The position numbers and the translations under genes were made by a program. Positions 25,201-35,139 of a stretch of 47,953 nt of DNA are shown here, piece after piece. Origin of the DNA: Hyphochytrium catenoides (taxonomy: Eukaryota; Protista; Hyphochytriomycota). The stretch is taken from positions 1 to 47,953 of the forward strand of contig FLMG01001208.1 of the NCBI GenBank assembly GCA_900088475.1, written 5' to 3'. Below the pieces are notes generated by a model. The model saw only the letters and a program-made list of their open reading frames with translations, was not told the origin of the DNA and did no database searches. Positions within the stretch are counted from its first letter, which is position 1. Every line of letters starts with the position of its first letter.

Positions 25201-28200
25201 GACGAAGGAAGAGATAAAATCTAGAGAAGAAAGAGAAGACGCTACTCTATTGGCCGCCATGGCTCGTCAGACAACAAGCATGCAGCTTTTGCCCGTTCTT
25301 TGCGATGTAGTGGAAAGCCCAGATGCGCTCCTTTTCTCAGATCAACTGATCGCTGGACTCACGTCCATGTTGGAGCTAGCTAAGGAGTCTTCAGCCATGG
25401 AGGAGGACGATGAAAGCAGATGGAGACGGCAAGAGGAAGAGCGGACTGAGAGGATCACGGAAGGGAACAACACCTTTCTCTCTTCTCGGGTGCTTCTTGA
25501 CAATGCGCTTCTAGCTCTTCACAATTTGCAAAAGCAAAAGAAGAGAAGGAGAGAAGAAGAACAATGGAAAGAAGGCGTCCTCGCACTCTCCGCTGCCTCT
25601 ACCTCCGTAGCCGCCTTAGCCCAGAAAGAGGAGAGAGAGGAGCTGGAGCGAGCCATCACCTCTAAGAAACGGTGGCAGAAACTGATTAAGAATGACTCGA
25701 TTAGGGCAAGCTTCTATTCGCAAGCCATCGCTCATGGAGCCACGCCTAGGGTTGCTCTTTCTGTTCTATCAGAACTGTTGAGGACTGCTTCTGAACCAGA
25801 CCAGGGAGGTAGGCCATTGTCCAGAGTGGGATCTCTCTCTCACATGTCACTCTCTCTCTCTCTCTCAGTCTCTCTCTCTTACTCTCTGTTTCTCTGCTCT
25901 CCTTTTGGAGTTGGCGTGACCAAAGAATCCGCTGTCATTATTCCCCTATCCACTGCTATCTGCCATATGAAGAGAGGCTGACTGTGGACTGCGACTTCTC
26001 AGCAAAGGTTCATTTCTTCCCTTTTCATGACGTTCTCAATCTTCTTCATCGCTTTGAGATGATTAAGAGTTAGTTTTTGCCTCTGTAGAATCTCCAGTCG
26101 TCCCTACCGGGGTCGTTGACGCCACAGGAGGAGGGAAGGAAGATCTTATGACAATGAAAGAGGCCTTAGCAGCAACTCTGGAGGTTAACAAAGCGCTAAA
26201 AGAGACTGAAAACATTGACTGGACCGGGTCGGAAGGCGCAGCAGCAAGGGCAGCCCTACTTGGTCTCTTCAGACACATGTTTGTCAGCAGACGGAAGTTG
26301 CGATTCATCCTGCAGAGTCTGTTAGCGGGGGGCTTCGATAGGTTCAAGAGGAAGGGTGGTAAGTAGAGTCAGACAAAGGGGAGGGTTTCTGTTGCTATGG
26401 GTCGTGATGACGAGTGCAGATCGCAAGAGTCAGATTAGGGGCGAAAGAGAGGGAAGTAGCAAGGTCTAGAAGCAACGTAACCTGCCCTGACATCCTCCTC
26501 GCAGAAATGGCCCCGTTGAGACTGGAGGAGCACGACGAAATAGACCTGTCACTTGCGAGAAACTTTAGCGAGATCTCTGCCAATATACCGCTGCTCTCAA
26601 ACCCCGTGAAGCTTTTCAGTCGTGCAGACTTCATCCGCTTCTACAGCATCACAGCTGAGATTAGCAACCGAGAAATGCTTTCAGAGCTTCAACGGCTACC
26701 TTCTCAGCCTCTGGTGCCCATAGAAGAGAGCGTCGTGCGGGCTTGTCGGACACAAGTACCCTTCCCCGCTCCACTCCTAACGTTTATAAGTGAGAGCAAC
26801 CTCTTGCAGTGGAAGCCTAGCCTGCATCGTCTTGATCTTGATATCCGGTACTTCGAGTGCACCATTCTGGCCGTCCCAGACCCCTCCACAGAGCTGAAGC
26901 GAGGCCTTGAGAGTCCCAATTGGGGAATGAGCGTGGGCTTCACGGACTACGAGCAGTACGAAGACCATGACCTGGGGGCGCACAGTCCCAATGGCGGGAC
27001 TAGCGACGGAGGGCTTGGACTAGCTTACCGCAGGTGAGTGCCGTACGTTTATGGGAGAGAGGATATAGGCGGGAGAAGTAGACAGTTGCCTCTTTCTTCG
27101 TCTCTCCAGCTCAGCACTCGCCCTTATCGGCTCTTGATATGTCCTCTTCTACAATATTATCCCCGCACAAGTACTAAGCTAGCCTCTTCTCTCTTCCCTT
27201 TAGCGATGGAATCATTCGTTCACCATCTTTCGGAGACTTCGTCTACCCGGGGCCTGAGGTGGTACAGGAGGAGGTGGCAGATGGCGGTCAAGGTTCCAAG
27301 GCAAAGGAGAACCAGAGGGTCGTGCCTGTTCCATATGACAGGGGTGACACAGTCGGAGCCGGAGCTCACTTACCGACAGGGACCATTTTCTTCACAAAGA
27401 ACGGGAAAGTAATCTTTCCACTCTGTCAGCAGGAAGAAAGAGAAGGCGAATTGGTGCCGTCTCTCTTCTTCAAGTCCGTGGGCTACCTGGGTGCAGCAGT
27501 GAGCCTTCAGGGCGCGGTGGATATTGAGGTGAACACTGGCGCGAACAAGCCTTTCCTCTTCGACTGCAGCAGTGTGCGTGACAAGTTCATAGACGTCGGT
27601 GAATTGATTATGAGGAAGAAAGCAAGCGCGAGGAGTGGGTCAGCAGACTCAGTAGAGCGTCTAACAGCGGAGAACGAAGAGGAAAGCTTGCAGGACCAAC
27701 GGGACGATGGAAGGAGTGAAGAAGTGAGGACGGACGACGGCCCTCCCTATGTCGCAGTCGTACAATCTAGACATGGGACACCTAGCTGGAGGCATAATGA
27801 GGAAGGCTTTCTGAAAAGCAAGGCTAGAGTCCGCCTCTTGGAGAATGTCCCTCCGTGTGTGGAGGAGAGGATCTGTAATGGACTCTCTCTTCTCGAGGAT
27901 TCCTTGCTTTGGAAGGATGTCCATCCAAATGGACCAAACCTGCAGCCAATCTTGGACCCTTACGCCTTTCCTTACGTGCATGGTACCTCTTTTTCTCCCT
28001 CTCCTTCCAGGGTTAGAGCTCTCAGGGTCTTCCAGGAGAAAAGCGATCTGTCTCTTCTCTGCCCAGAAGGGTATAGCTTCTTAGAGCCTAAACGCTCTCG
28101 GTATCAATGGCTCCCTGCCGTGCTCTCTGTGCCCGAGAAAGGGAAAGGAGATCAAAGGGTGAAGATACTCTCCTACATCAACAACCTTGATCCTGAGCCA

Positions 28201-29064
28201 TTCAAAGATCTCTACGGGGCGCTAGAAGATCTCTTCTCTCTTGCGATACCTCTCCTAGAAAGTACTATGAAGCCAGCACTTTGGGGCACGAAGGTCCAAG
28301 TCATTGTGCAAGCCTTCTCAGTGAATATGCCCAAGAGTAAGGACGGAGAGGAAGAGTATAAGAGCGAGTGGCTCTGTGACGGGAGACACTTTGAGGCTGT
28401 GATAGCCAGCGGCTTATTCTTCTACTCTTCCTCAGAAGACAGATCGGCTGGCGTTGCAGGAGCGGAAGGAGAAGAGGGGCAATGCAGAGACAACCTTAGA
28501 GTCTCTTTCCGACAGTCAAGAGAGACACGGACTGAAGACACCTTCTATGAACAGCAAGCCTTTCCTTATGCTCCCAAGCGGTATCATAACCTCGAGATCG
28601 GCGGAGTTACTATGGAGTTGGGCTCTCTTCTTATCTTCAATAGTCAACTTCAGTACCGGCTGGAGAGCGTCTCATGTCCATCGGAGAAAGAGAGAAGACG
28701 GAGCGTGGAGCAAGAGGAAGGAAAGGAAGGCGGAGAAGCGACGATAAAGAAGATGCTTGTCTTCCACATCATAACTCCTCATCGAGAGATGATCTCCACG
28801 GAACTTATCCCTCCCCAACAATGGGATTACCTGCTCTTCCGTCGTCTGGACACGCTGGAGAAGCTCGTCCGCAGCGTCTATGGAGTCGATCTGCCGCTGG
28901 ACATCCTTCTCAAGGTCCAGAGCTTTCTGTCAGAGCAGACAGAAGGCGGACTTGATGCCAAAGAAGCTGCCTGGCATCGATTAGAGATGATGAGAGAGAG
29001 AAGGACAGAAAGGGAGGCATGGAGTGCGGCGCTTGAAATGCCTTTCCCTTATAGTCAGCCCTAA
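22241..29064 (+). CDS. Large (~2,100 aa) protein: long helical/ARM-like N-terminus + SPRY domain + C-terminal DUF4246 (2OG-Fe(II) oxygenase-like fold); exons 22241-25808, 26089-26358, ~26439-27033, 27204-29064
   Basis: SPRY motifs YFECTIL...MSVGF...LAYR|SDG...PYDRGDTVGAGAHLPTGTIFFTKNGK. DUF4246-like motifs YQWLP, VKILSYINNL, LYGALEDLF, VQVIV, LRVSFRQ, ISTELIPPQQWD and EAAWHRLEMMRER. Introns 1 and 3 have strong phase-matched sites; the acceptor of intron 2 (TTAG, 26438) is less certain. Confidence 0.8.
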
Positions 29065-29795
29065 CCAGCCAGCAATTTTGCCATGCAAAGACAGCCTGGA
29101 GGACCCAGCGCTCTGAAGAAATCGCCGGAAAGGGGAACGTGGTCTGCCTCAAGCTCCTCCGTTCCTTCAGTGATGTGTGTGTCTGTCTCTCTCACTCCAA
29201 TGTGTTATTCTCTAATTGAGCCCGTTCTCTCTTTCTCTCTCTTACATCTGTCCCTTGTCTACGTAACTCCGCGAGTTGGCCCAGCATCCTAAGAGGAGGT
29301 CGGAACGTAATGACAGGGACAATAGACTGCAACCAATGTGATGGTGCTTTTCTAGTTATGATAACAGGAGGAAAGAGAGAGAAAAGAGGAGAGGGGGAGA
29401 GAAAGAAAGAAAGAGAGAGAGAGAGACACACACACAGACGAAGAGAGAGGGAGAAGAAGTGACAGACAGAGAGGGAAAAGAAGTGGGAGACAGAGAGAAG
29501 AGTCATGGTTTACGACTTAAGGAACTCAAGGCATATAGAGTCTCTACATGCAGCCTCAGCTTAAGTTGACTCTAGGAACTAGTTCTCTTTGTTCCTCACA
29601 CGGGTCAACAGGGATACTTACCAGCTTTACATCTAGATGGCCCGTAAGAAAGCCCTAGAAATGGAAGGAATGTCAGAGCAGTGAGAGAAAGAAGAGAGCA
29701 GAGAGATGAAATAATCTTTAGAGAAGGAAAGGTAGAAGGAGGCAGGAGCGAGTCTAAGACAGAGAACAACAGGCTCACTTGAGACTCTCACAAGC

Positions 29796-30477
29796 CTCTG
29801 CGGTTATCATGCCCTCCTCCCTAAGCTGCTTCAAATTCCTTAGATGATTCCGTTTCTCATCTCAATCTTGGGCGCTCACTTCTAGTTCTACGCGGCTCCT
29901 TTGTATCTCAGTCCTTCTTTCGTAGGCCTCCCGTAAGTTTGCTTCTTGCCCTTTCACGACTTAGAGAGGAATGGATCATGGCGCTTCGAGCATGTCAGAA
30001 CCCGTCCCATTTTCCATCAGCAAGTTTAGGCTCCCCTTCTGTGATCGAGGAATGATCGGAGAAGCGGCCACCCTCTTGTGGCTATCATCGAGCTGAGACA
30101 TGCCCGAGGGGGCCATGACCCATTTCTCTTTCGTGAAAAAGCAAGCAAACCTCCGAAGGCCTACGAAAGAAGAACTGAAATACACGGAGGCGTGTAGAGC
30201 TAACATTGGGCGCCCAACATTGGTCAGAAACGGAACCAGCTAAGGTTTTTGAAGCAGCTTAGAGAGGAGGGCGTGATAACCGCAGGGATTAAATGATCCC
30301 ATTTTCCATCAGCAAGTTTAGGCGCTCCTTCTGTGATCGAGGAATGATCGGAGAAGCGGCCACCCTCTTGTGGCTATCATCGACCTGAGACATGCCCGAG
30401 GGTGCCATGACCCATTTCTCTTTAACCCTGTAATAGCAAACAACCCTACGGGAAGCCTACGAAAGAAGGACTCAAAT
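29796..30477. repeat. Composite repeat: ~200-bp imperfect inverted repeat (29796-29996 / 30097-30287) overlapping a 292-bp-period direct repeat (30005-30131 / 30297-30423, diverging to ~30477)
   Basis: The reverse complement of 30097-30287 (CCCTGCGGTTATCACGCCCTCCTCTCTAAGCTGCTTCAAA...TTCTTTCGTAGGCCT...TCATGG...GCATGTC) aligns along 29796-29996. The 127-bp block tcccattttccatcagcaag...catttctcttt is present twice, nearly identical. Confidence 0.9.
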
Positions 30478-30852
30478 CTTGCTTTAACCCAGACGTAAAG
30501 TTCTGAAGATCTGGGAAGCTTCGAAATTCGAAAGGCCTGAGATCTTCATGTCAGTCCAGAGGTGACATTCTGAAGATCTGAAGCTTCAAATACAATGCAG
30601 ATTCTTATCGGCAGATTTCATATCAGTAGAGCGCCTATCTTGAATAAGGCCAACGGGTTTCAGAAGCAATCATTCCGAATCCGTACATTTGAATATAGGA
30701 TAGGTATTGACACTATTTATAATAGCTTGGGGAGGCCACAGCCATTATTTTGTTGCCTTCCTCGCCTTCCCTCCACTCCCAACTGCCTCAACCTCTCTCT
30801 CTCTCTCTCTCCTCTCTCTCTCACTCTCTCTCCCTCTCTCTCTCTCTTTCTC

Positions 30853-30883
<31 letters not shown>

Positions 30884-31061
30884 TTTTCTCTCTCTCTCTC
30901 TCTCTCTGTTGGGTCTTTCACTCGCTTCTCAATCGTTGTCTGCGCTCTTTCTTTCCATAAAATCTCTGTGGACTGCAGGCCGCGACACACTCCTGCCTGA
31001 AATCTCTCTTCCCATAGTTCATAGCACTATTTGGGCTTCATCACCCGCAGATATAGGAAAC

Positions 31062-31702
31062 ATGGAGATGTCTAAGGAGCAGCACGATGAGCTGGCGACC
31101 GCCTACGCCGCCCTCATTCTCTATGACGGAGATGCAGAGATCAACGCTGAGCAGTTGACCACCGTCATCGAGGCCTCAGGCAACGAGGTGCGGGTTCTGA
31201 GAATGGCCTACTTGTTCGAGCTCTCTTGGCTGAATCTCTCTTTCTCTCTCTCTCTTCTCTCCTAGTTCTCAAACTCTCTCTTTCCTGGCGTACTCTCGCT
31301 GTCTTTTTTGCTACGGGGCTGTCTGTTGCTATTGGATTTTGCCTCAGCAGACCTCTGGCCGCGTACCACCTCTCTTCTCTTTTGTTCTCCCTTTATTTTT
31401 TTGCGTCTCTCTTTCTGTCTCTCTCTCTCTCTCTCATACTGGGTGTCTACGTTTATTAGGTTGAGCCCTACTGGCCCATGCTCTTCTCTAAGCTCCTGAA
31501 GAACAACAACATCGAGGAGCTTATCGCCAAGCCCACTGCCGGTGGCGCCGCTGTCGCTGCTGGTCCTGTTGCTGGTGGCGCTGATGCTGGCGCTGGAGCT
31601 GCTGCTGGTGATGACAAGAAGAAGAAGGAAGAAGAGGAGGAAGAAGAGGCTGATCTTGGCGGCGGAATGGACATGTTCGGTGGCGGTGATGCTGACTATT
31701 AG
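31062..31702 (+). CDS. RPLP1: 60S acidic ribosomal protein P1, 122 aa; exons 31062-31187 and 31460-31702
   Basis: ELATAYAALILYD...EINAEQLTTVIEASGNE|VEPYWPMLFSKLL (P1 signature), an Ala/Gly hinge and an acidic tail KKKKEEEEEEEADLGGGMDMFGGGDADY; phase-0 GT-AG intron. Confidence 0.95.
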
Positions 31703-33198
31703 GCGGTAAGGCCCAAGACGTCCAGCGTGGTCTGTCCCTCAGAAGAGCTGACTAACCCTTCTTTCTGTCTCTCTCCCTCTCTCTCTCTCTTCTCTCTCAT
31801 CGGCTCATCGCGTAGGTTATATCTGCTTGCAGGAAGAGCTCTCAGTCTTTGTAACCTCTAAAATAACATGTTTCCAGACACACATCTGCCATTCGTCTCT
31901 ACAGTCTTAACAGAAGAAAGAGAGCGCGTCCTTCTGCATTTTTGCCGTCTGCAACAACATATAAAGCATGAAGTTGCTCACTGCTGAGGCTTCTTCGCCC
32001 TTAGTAGCGCAAAGAGAGAGAGAAAGACAAGGCGAAGCGGCCCAGTTCATCCCCGCCGCGCCTCTTCTTGAGTCTTTTCTAGCGGGCATTAGAGCAGCTT
32101 CCCGGTCTTCAAAGTCTTGGCAGCTCTCTCTAAAAGGCTTCGCATCCCTCTTGAACCGTTGCTAGCAAGTCATCCATCCTTATTGCACGGCAGTCAGTAG
32201 TACTCTTTTCGTCCACATATCATCTAATCCGCCGCTTTAGAAGTCCAGGAAGACGGCAACTCTGAGTTTGCGGGTCGGAGTTCATCAAGGCAGCTGCTTC
32301 TTAGAAATTGAGCACGACGGAGCCCATCGTGGCTAAGAAGTCCCGATGGACTGTTGAATGATTGCTCTAATGAATCTAATAGTGCGCCTGAAAGATGGGC
32401 CCACCAGCTCTGGCAACTGCTGTTCTAATAATCTTATTATCCCTTTATAAAATTCAATCGCACTTGCTTGCAGGACCCTTCTGCTGCTTGAGGTACCATA
32501 CCTGCCGTCATTTTGACGTCAGACAACTGTTATCTTTCTTTGTGAGCCGAGCTCTCCGTGAATGCCGGTGCTCCTCTGTGGGGCTTCCCGTGGTCCCTCT
32601 TCGTCAAATTCCTCTGTGCTTCGCGTCCTATCTCAAGAAAGGCGGCTCAATATACCCCTTAGTGGGAAGAAATCGTGGGACGACGTCTGAATCAGTGCTG
32701 CTATCATGATGGGCGTACTTCTTGATGCCTGGATAGTGAAGAACAGAGAAAGCTTACTCCAACGAAGTGTCTTCGTCTTTGCCTAAATGCAAAGATAGCG
32801 GACAGATCAGCGAAAAGAGAGAAAGGAAGGTCTACAGATAATGTCCATGCCGCCGCTGACTATGTAAGAAAGGGTTGTTGGACAAGGAAAGGGGACGAAG
32901 ATGAGCCTGTTCTGGAAAGACATCATTAAGCAGAGTGGCTATGGGTTCAAGAACCTATGCTTCTTGCAATGCAGAAAAGGACTGACTGACGAAGAAAGCT
33001 TGGTCCTCGTGGTCAGCAGCAGCAGCAGTCAGTTAGAGTGGCAATCGATGTCCCTATGATAATCCATTGCGATACCGCTTTTCAAAATAAATTAAGAGCT
33101 AATAGGATAGCACGAGCTTTAGCCGCTGTCTTCCTCTTCTGCCGCTTCAACAATAAACGAGGGAACGGCTCCTTCTTTCTTCTTCCTCCATGTTACTC

Positions 33199-33927
33199 TT
33201 AGACAAGTACTGTCTCCTCGTCCATCTCGTTCTTCAGTCTTCTCTTTTGCCTAAAGAAGCCAGCCACTGTGAGCCCGATAGTCACGGCCGCCACCACTAT
33301 TGCTAAGATAGCCATCGCTGCTGGGGACCACCATGGCGTGGACAGCAGGATGATGCCTCCAATTATTAAGAAACCAAGGAACATTACTACGGCCGACCAG
33401 CAGCATATGCAAGCAATGAAAGATATACTCTGCTTGTCCGACGCGGCGCGTCTAGAAAAAAAGCCAGCTATCAGAGCAATCAGGATAACGGCAAGCCAGC
33501 CGTAAGTGAGATTTGTCAAAGAACCCGTATCGTCGGATCCTCCCGCTGCGGAAAGAGCTATTACGAAGATAGTAACCCCCACAAGTCCAAACATCTGGAA
33601 TGGCCCCGCCGCGACGATAGAGGCTGTCCAAGCTGATTCCAGCTGCCCCGTGACGATGAAGGCTGAGCTAATACCGCCAAGAACCATAGCAAGGAGAATC
33701 AATGCGTTGGTCACAGCGCTGACATTCTCCGTTCTCTTCATAACCACAAACACCAGCCCAGTGATGGCATTGACCAGGAAAGAACCAAAGTAGAAGGCAG
33801 CGCCTCTCCTTGCAGAGCTTGGATCTGTGACGGCCCATTTATAAGCCATGAGGAGCGCAGGGATGATAAAAGGCACGATAATCGTGATTAGGGGAAAGAT
33901 AGGCTCCTCCTTATCATTCCTCCCCAT
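33199..33927 (-). CDS. Hypothetical multi-pass membrane protein, 242 aa, intronless, about 7 hydrophobic segments
   Basis: Non-repetitive ATG-initiated ORF with regularly spaced hydrophobic helices and a basic/acidic C-terminal tail (RQKRRLKNEMDEETVLV); no family recognised. Confidence 0.65.
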   Translation of the reverse strand: MGRNDKEEPIFPLITIIVPFIIPALLMAYKWAVTDPSSARRGAAFYFGSFLVNAITGLVFVVMKRTENVSAVTNALILLAMVLGGISSAFIVTGQLESAWTASIVAAGPFQMFGLVGVTIFVIALSAAGGSDDTGSLTNLTYGWLAVILIALIAGFFSRRAASDKQSISFIACICCWSAVVMFLGFLIIGGIILLSTPWWSPAAMAILAIVVAAVTIGLTVAGFFRQKRRLKNEMDEETVLV

Positions 33928-34741
33928 GATTGAGATGACCTTTCCGCAATAGACTCCAAATAAATAACTAAAAGCTCTGCTTATCGGTTCGTTGCGACCT
34001 GACGTGACGCAGCAAGTTGGGCTTCTTCGCCAGTAGTCCTCCGTCGTGCTCTTCTTGTCAACAAGAGATGAGATGCTGCAGGGTCCAGCTCCTCCTCCTG
34101 CGCTTTATTGGCGGAAGAAGACTGCACCCCAGTACCGAACAGAGCTTCTTAGTGCGATGCGCGCTCTGGAGGATGGGGTCTTCTATTATTGAAGAAAAAG
34201 TCTGTGCATGTGGAGGCCGGGAGGACGGTATTCTTAGTAGAAGACCATACTGCCACAGAGCCTTGACTTCTCCGGCGCATAGACGCATCATGACAACCAT
34301 TAGTGGAGAGGAACAGGCAGGCTATGACCTGCTGTGACCTCCTCTATATAGGTAAAAGTAAGACAGCAGAGCGCGCCGCTGATGTCCAACATCTTTGCTG
34401 GAATGTTCGTCACCGTTAGACTTTGGTCGCCTTCACAAGGAATGAAGTCTTGGTGGCGGAGTTAGAATGATGAAGCTTCAGATCTTCAAAAATTAAATCC
34501 TACCTTTTGTCTGAAAAACTCTGAATAGATTATTTGCCAGTCATCGGGGTTTTCTTACCTGAGGTTCTAATGTTGTCGAATTTCCTCTTTTTATTGCCAG
34601 CAATGGACTTTCATACAAAGCCTGGGTCGGTCGAGCAAACTGTTGTTTTTTTTAAATCTATTGGTCTTCAATTCATTTTATGCAGGTCTTTTGCAAATAA
34701 ATGGAAAAAGCGTGATGATATCTTCAATTCATTTTATGCCC

Positions 34742-34826
34742 CAATCTAGAACCTGCTTGTTCTACAAAGGCAATAAGAGAATGGTTCGATGAGCATCCAG
34801 TTCTAGAACAAGCAGGTTCTAAATTG
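34742..34826. repeat. Short inverted repeat: 18-bp perfect arms (34747-34764 / 34804-34821), 39-nt spacer
   Basis: TAGAACCTGCTTGTTCTA ... TAGAACAAGCAGGTTCTA, extendable by caat/attg with one mismatch. Confidence 0.85.
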
Positions 34827-35139
34827 TGGCAACAAAAACCGAAAGTGGAAGGCAGACCTTTAAAATTGGGGTGACACTGGAGGGGGACAAGCCTCCTATC
34901 CAAACCTCCGTAGATGGGAGAAGAAAGGGGCATTTTGTCAGTAATAAAGGGCTGTGCCACTATTTCGCCCTGCTACAATTATGCCCACCCACCACTAACA
35001 TAATGCACTACGTGTGTATCGAGGTTGGGTGGGAATCCAGTGTGCCTGACCACTCCAGCGATGAAGATTGAATGAAAGATCACACTACTGTATCCTGCAC
35101 CAAGGTCCGTAATGCCCTTCATCAGCGAACTAGTAGCGG

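Noticed and set aside
30005-30423. Duplicated 127-bp unit as a hammerhead retrozyme, tRNA/SINE or box C/D snoRNA
   Set aside because: No CUGANGA...GAAA core was found (only CTGATGG on the minus strand), there is no complete cloverleaf or B box, and only imperfect C-box matches exist.
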